DNA of 63,679 nucleotides, the filler included, from Lenisia limosa (taxonomy: Eukaryota > Protista > Breviatea), in the NCBI GenBank assembly GCA_001655205.1. It is 11 parts of 11 records of this genome, joined end to end, with 100 filler letters (N's around TTAATTAATTAA, not from the genome) between each part and the next. Parts side by side here need not be neighbours in the genome. Positions count along the whole stretch, not along the records: positions 60,202 to 62,212 come from LPNZ01007663.1; positions 62,313 to 63,679 come from LPNZ01002163.1; 9 more parts are not named here. One strand, written 5' to 3'. Both the position numbers and the translations under genes were made by a program. Of the stretch, positions 60,257 to 63,679 are shown piece after piece (position 1 is the stretch's first letter; every line of letters begins with the position of its first letter). Under the pieces are notes generated by a model that worked only from the letters and a program-made list of their open reading frames with translations, did not search any database and was not told the origin of the DNA.

Positions 60257-60961
60257 ACCCTTCTCAACGAGATTTGCCGTTATGAGGTGTACAGAACAGG
60301 CGAGACCCCCGAGAAGGTTGTCCTCGATTTGGAGGAATTCAAGACCAGAGTTGGCCTGGGCTTCTTTCTTTTGTGTTTTTATTAGTTTGTTAGTTTTTGC
60401 TTCATTCCAATTCCCCCCTTATCAATAAATGTTACCAAGTAAGTCCACCCCCCCCCCCCCCCNNNNNNNNNNNNNNNNNNNNNNNNNNNNNNNNNNNNNN
60501 NNNNNNNNNNNNNNNNNNNNNNNNNNNNNNNNNNNNNNNNNNNNNNNNNNNNNNNNNNNNNNNNNNNNNNNNNNNNNNNNNNNNNNNNNNNNNNNNNNNN
60601 NNNNNNNNNNNNNNNNNNNNNNNNNNNNNNNNNNNNNNNNNTCACAAATATAAAGCTTGTTTTCTGACTCTTTCAAGGCGCTCGAACTGGAGGTTTCAGA
60701 TATCGGCACTTTCCTCAATTCACGCCAAGTGGGGGGGGGGGTGATTACATATTACAAAAGGTTGATTAGGTGTTAGTTTCCTCCAATCACGCTGGAGTGA
60801 TGGGATGTGACTGCCCTGGGCTTTGTTTATTTTTTTGCTATCAACCCTTGTGCTTGTGTGTTGTCAGACAACAGAGTTGATTTGGCTGTTTTGTTTCATT
60901 AATTTTCCAATTTTACTCCCCCCAGTTTACCGCGGCCGGATTTGTTCTGGATGGCCAGTCG
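60257..60961 (+). CDS. Gene fragment, unknown product
   Basis: Exons TLLNEICRYEVYRTGETPEKVVLDLEEFKTR, ALELEVSDIGTFLNSRQ|GT+G-tract, C-tract+AG|FTAAGFVLDGQSI. Confidence 0.45.
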
Positions 60962-62312
60962 ATCGTGTATCACTTTACTGATGACAAATAGGCACTTAGG
61001 TCTCCCCCCCCCCCTCCCCCAGGTTTNNNNNNNNNNNNNNNNNNNNNNNNNNNNNNNNNNNNNNNNNNNNNNNNNNNNNNNNNTAGTGTGTACTTTTGTC
61101 AATTGTGTTGCGGAGAGAGGGGGGGTGTAGCATTGAAATTCTTAGAATAAAACAATACAGGCAACTTCCAAAAAATGAAACAAGTTTTCAGAGAGAAAAC
61201 TAAACAAGCTTACGACAGTATAGACCTCTAGTGCCCCCTCAATTGCAATATATCAGTCTCTCTTTCCTCGATCTGCTTTCAATTCAACCGACAAAGAGGG
61301 AATATGTGTATCTACACACAGGAGCGAGAGAGCTATATATAAATGGCAACAACATGAAAAGGCGACAAGTCAAGTCTGACTTTTCCAGACCTTGAAATGT
61401 GTTTGTTTAAAATCAAAGTTTCAAAAACGCTTCATGCTATATTTTGCAAAAGTGCAAATACCCAACTTCAAAAATTGATTTCATTGAACAGATCTAATTT
61501 TGAATGGATCGAACATCGATACATCAGCCACGGAGGGAATGCAAATGTCCTTTTTTGAAAATGAGATCATACGACTGCGAATCCGGACAGTCTTGGCCGA
61601 ACAGCCGGCTTGGCATTCCGGACGGACGTTTTCTTTCTGGTTGTGCTAGTCCTTTGTTCACTGTTGACCCCCACCCCCACAAAGCAATTTTATCATTCGA
61701 CGCTGTTCGACGAGACCATCATTGCACTGCCACACACCAATGCGGCCACACACTTATGAAACAACCATCATGTAAAACAATGTGTTTTTTGCTTTTGAGA
61801 TTTCCTGTTTTAGCGGACGCCACATCATTCCTACCCATTTCCATTAGTGAAATACCATGAATATACTCCAGTGAAATGACAGTAACAAATAACTGTGGTA
61901 ACACTGTAATAGTTATTGACTGTCGTGACAGCATCGAGATGTGCTACTGCAGTTATAAACACTGCTTTGGGAAGGCAAATATCTCCAAAGCCCAATGAAT
62001 TCTCGAAAACTTACTTGGGACCAGTCACACTATGGTGATGATAATATGATTATTGCTTCGGAGCTTCAAATTATTCGGTTCAGTCCTTGCGCTAGGAGGA
62101 ATATATCATATAGCTACTACAGTATACGCCTCATCCTTATGCCAAATTCTTCATCGAAATATCCGCGGGTAGACCCGGATGACTTGAGACTTTCAAGAGA
62201 CTTGGGATTTTGNNNNNNNNNNNNNNNNNNNNNNNNNNNNNNNNNNNNNNNNNNNNTTAATTAATTAANNNNNNNNNNNNNNNNNNNNNNNNNNNNNNNN
62301 NNNNNNNNNNNN

Positions 62313-63679
62313 ACTTGCCAGCGTTCTTTTCAACGTTCCTGGAGCGGCCGTCGTACGGTGTCGCATCCGACTCGTGGAAGGGCCTGCAACAATTCGAGGT
62401 AATTTATGGGGGCTGAAGGGTGGAGGGGAGTTTTATGATTTTAGGTTACCTTCATATATTACATAGCTATGTATATGATATGCGTAACCCCTCAGGTTAC
62501 CTTTATATATACTAATACCCCTCCCCCAGGTTACCGAGGCGATGTGCGGAACCAGTGACATTATGAATATCCGAAAACAGGCGGCCGCGCAGCTCATATC
62601 GGAACAAACTATCGGCTACGACCTTTTGTCCCAGGCTAACAAGGATGTGGGTCCCCTTTTGGTAACTGCCTTATATAGATGTTGACCCTTCCCCTTTTGT
62701 TAAATGCCCCTTTCGGTAACTTCCTATTTAGATTGTGATGAGTGCCAACCGCTCCTTCGAGCTCTTCGCCATCCAAGCCTGCCAGTCGGTGGTGGAGACA
62801 CGGGCTTTCCTTGCTGCCGCCGCAATTCTCAGCATTGCTGTTGCCGCCGGCATGGCCTCACCGTACGGGGGAGGTATAATATGGAGTGCTTCATAGCCAA
62901 AAGTTGGTTTTGGGCTTTTTTTGTTTCAAAAATTATCCCCTCAGTAACCCCCCCCCCCNNNNNNNNNNNNNNNNNNNNNNNNNNNNNNNNNNNNNNNNNN
63001 NNNNNNNNNNNNNNNNNNNNNNNNNNNNNNNNTCTGCATCGCGACCGGGGTGGCCATTCTGCCCCACTTTCTGCCCCCCGTGCCGCCCTATCGACCAGAG
63101 GTGCTCCAGGCTCTCAGATTGGTCACTGTGGTGTCCCTCGGCCTTCCCGTGATTCTAGCTACTCCGTGCCTGGGAACGTGGGTGAATCGAAGGAAATTTT
63201 GATGAATATTGGCCGAATAATGGAATATTATATGTTGCTCTCATATCATATTGTATCTAGCTATATCATAATTATAATTATTCTTGTTGTAGTAATATGA
63301 TATTATACCAGAGCTATATTATTTGTAATTATTCTTGTAGTAGTACATAGCTATATGATATCATTGCTATAATATGTATTACGTATGTATAGTTCTTATC
63401 TCTTATCTCTTATCTCTTGTCATTGTATGTATATCCACAACATAGAGTGCCACCATATAGAATGTAATTGGATGACCTTTCTTTTAGACCCTCATCATAT
63501 AGTATGGAGTAGACCCTTACCATATAGTACGGACTGTACCGGCTCATTGGTGAGTAGTCTTGGACTAATAGCTGCACCCCTCGTTCTCCTCGCATGGGCG
63601 ACGACCATGGCGGCGTACAACGACTTTGCCTCCTTCCTCTGTGTATCCGTCTCTGTGTGGTCCGGCCTGGTGGGGGGTG
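62313..63679 (+). CDS. Fragment of a membrane protein of unknown family
   Basis: Exons LASVLSTFLERPSYGVASDSWKGLQQFE|VTEAMCGTSDIMNIRKQAAAQLISEQTIGYDLLSQANKD|IVMSANRSFELFAIQACQSVVETRAFLAAAAILSIAVAAGMASP, with hydrophobic stretches. Confidence 0.5.

Noticed and set aside
60250-60355. Minus-strand LRR-like reading (LEFLQIEDNLLG)
   Set aside because: C-tract/AG and GT signals in this scaffold, including the family-A element, all support the plus strand.

Overview
Intron-dense eukaryotic nuclear DNA in the standard genetic code. EFCAB10 and NME7 point to an organism with cilia or flagella; I cannot name the taxon. The window is not contiguous: ten artificial 100-nt linkers (about N44-TTAATTAATTAA-N44) join 11 scaffolds, and many internal N gaps abut poly-G or poly-C tracts. 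Genes reconstructed by manual splicing are an EFCAB10-like protein, TXNL1 (thioredoxin + PITH), GID8-like, NME7, a HAT/RRM protein, a high-Mr thioredoxin reductase, a multi-TM class III nucleotidyl cyclase, NOC3 (partial), an ADAM-type metalloprotease, an AMPK/MARK-family kinase (partial) and several unknowns. The reductase ends Ser-Cys-UGA-Gly-stop and has a well-formed SECIS hairpin about 30 nt downstream, so it is a selenoprotein. The most unusual signal is in the introns. Short introns are 34-45 nt. Long introns often begin GT+G-tract and end C-tract+AG, and unrelated genes share homologous ~100-130 nt sequences that end exactly at the 3' splice site (Introner-like candidates). Introns also carry hAT-type MITEs with 8-bp target-site duplications. 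A decayed Penelope-like reverse transcriptase lies between genes. No rRNA, tRNA or CRISPR array was recognised. All family assignments come from motif recognition by eye, not database searches.
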